NCBI RefSeq assembly: GCF_020745735.1
Contig: NC_083439.1
Span: forward strand, 30,084,596-30,148,595
Length of the DNA: 64,000 nucleotides
Direction: 5' to 3'
Origin: Hemiscyllium ocellatum
Lineage: Eukaryota
Shown here: positions 62,193-64,000 of the stretch, piece by piece
Layout of the letters: each line of letters begins with the position of its first letter
How positions within the stretch are numbered: position 1 is the first letter of the stretch
Made by a program: the position numbers and the translations under genes
Notes under the pieces: generated by a model
Database searches by the model: none
What the model was told of the DNA's origin: nothing
The model's input: the letters and a program-made list of their open reading frames with translations, nothing else

Positions 62193-63454
62193 ACTGAATT
62201 CAGCTCCACAAGGTCTCATGGTGAAGGCCCCATCAATACAATCATCAAACATAGCTCATTGATACAGGAGGGTGTCTGCTGGGTCCTGCCAACCCTCACC
62301 CAAAGAGACTGACAGTGAGACCCATGGAGGGATTGTCTGAGGATGGGGTTTGGGCAGAACAAAGGGATTGACCTTATATTACACCTCCCCCTAGAAGTGT
62401 TTGATAGAGGCAATATGGACGAAGCTTTATTCTGAATCTAAACTTGACATGTCCCTGTCAGGGGAATGTTTGATTGGGACAATGCAGGGAGAGCTTTACT
62501 GTGATGTTCCTTTTAATTCATAGAGTCGTGGCAGTTTTACTCTGTATTTCACCGTGTGCTGTCTGTGTCCTGGGAACCTTTGATGGGGACAGCTTTCCTT
62601 CCAGTTTTCAAGAATAGAAGAAGCTTTAGTTTCAATTGGAAAGAGTAGAATCTATTACTCCATTTCTAACTCAGTGAGGTCCCTGGATTGAAAGAGTTTG
62701 ATGTAGACAGTATAGCTGTACATTTAGTTTAAAAGTGTAGAGACAGCTTTCTGTTCAGTGAAAATGAGCAGAGGAAGCTCATGTATCGAGTCCCACGTTG
62801 ACCTTGCTCTGGCAGAGTTTGTTGGAGGATGATGTTGAGGGAGAAAGTGAGGATTGCAGATTCTAGAGATCACAGTCAAAGTGTATGGTCCCTGAAATGT
62901 ACAGCAGGTCATGCAGCATCTGAGGAGCAGGAGAGTCACTGTTTCAGGTATAAGTACTTCATCAGGATTGTGTGTTGGGAAAGGGGGCTGAGAGATAAAA
63001 AGAAGGTTAGAGGTTGGGGAGGAAGATAGCTGGGATGGTGATAGGTAGATGAAGGTGCAGGGTGTTGAGATAATTTTACATTCATTCTAAAAGGGACGAT
63101 GGGGCAGCACGGTGACACAGTGGTTAGCACTGCTGCCTCACAGCACCAGGGACATGGGTTCGATTCCAGTCTCGGGCGACACTCTGTGTGGAGTTTGCAC
63201 ATTCTCGTTGTGTCTGTGTAGGATTACTCTTGGAGCTCCTGTCTCCTCCCACTGTTCAAAGATGTGCAGGTTAGGTGGGTTAGCCCTGGGAAAGTACCGT
63301 CAGTGGTCAGGGATATGTAGGTTTGGTACATTAGACAGGGAATATGCAGAGTAATAGGGTAAGGGAATGGGTTTGGCTGGGTTACTCTTCAAAGGGTCAG
63401 CATGGACTTGTTGGGCCAAATGGCCTGTTTCCAAACTAGGGATTCTATGATTAT

Positions 63455-64000
63455 GTGTATAACTCCCTACGGCCTGATCAGGTGTACCCTGGAACTCTGT
63501 GGGAAGCTCGGGGAGTGATTGCTGGGCCTCTTGCTGAGAAATTTGTATCATCAACATTTGTAGGTGAGGTACCGGAAGATGGAGGTTGGCTAATGTGTTG
63601 CCACTATTTAGGAAAGGTGGTCAGGAAAAGCCAGGGAACTACAGACTAGTGAGCTTGGCATCAGTGGTGGGCAAGTTATAGGAGGGATTCCTGAAGGATA
63701 GGATTTACATGTATTTGGTAAGCCAACGACTGATTAGGGATAGTCAGAATGGCTTTGTGGGAGAGAAATCATTTTTCATAAAATTGTTTGACTTTTTTGA
63801 AGAAGTAATGCAGAGGATTGATGAGAGCAGTGTGGTGGATGTGATCTGTATGGACTTCAGCAAGGCATTCAACAAAGTGCCTCATGGGTGACGGATTAGC
63901 AAGGTTAGATCTCATAGTATACAGGGATGTGGATACAGAACTGGCTGGAAGGTAGAAGACACAGGGTCGTGGTGGAGGATTGTTTTTCCAGAGTGGAGGC
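63455..64000 (+). mobile_element. CR1-like LINE fragment, truncated by the window end
   Basis: SQNGFV...DVICMDFSKAFNKVPH. Confidence 0.85.

Larger units (their letters stand above)
46363..64000 (-). repeat. Same duplication unit in inverted orientation (two copies, ATG spacing 9723)
   Basis: Reverse-complement matches to gene, promoter and spacer elements; continues past the window end. Confidence 0.93.

Noticed and set aside
1-64000. CRISPR array, operon or other prokaryotic system
   Set aside because: No short repeat-spacer periodicity; spliceosomal introns and vertebrate retroelements throughout.

Overview
Vertebrate genomic DNA, most likely from a shark or other elasmobranch (inferred from HE1-type tRNA-SINEs, CR1-like LINE remnants and Penelope-like termini). 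The whole window is an amplified array of about 10-11 kb units, each carrying one compact 9-exon zona pellucida 3 (ZP3/ZPC)-like gene. There are six copies: four on + (ATG 6240, 16777, 27670, 38564) and two on - (ATG 52240, 61963). The window start repeats the flank that follows copy 1, implying another copy just upstream. By manual splicing, copies 1 and 2 encode intact 464-aa precursors (signal peptide, ZP-N, ZP-C, furin site, EHP, TM). Copy 3 is open but lacks ZP-N Cys1 (C76R). Copies 4, 5 and 6 share a premature stop (R59*). Copy 4 also has two deletions and a second stop, copy 6 has a second stop and frameshifts, and copy 5 has no other coding lesion. Copies 4 and 5 face each other tail-to-tail as arms of a large imperfect palindrome. 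Its ~1.85 kb spacer contains a better-preserved Penelope-like GIY-YIG fragment ending in a minimal hammerhead-ribozyme motif. Spacers between genes are degraded retroelements, with signs of unequal crossover and gene conversion. Exon coordinates were counted by hand; transposon boundaries are approximate.
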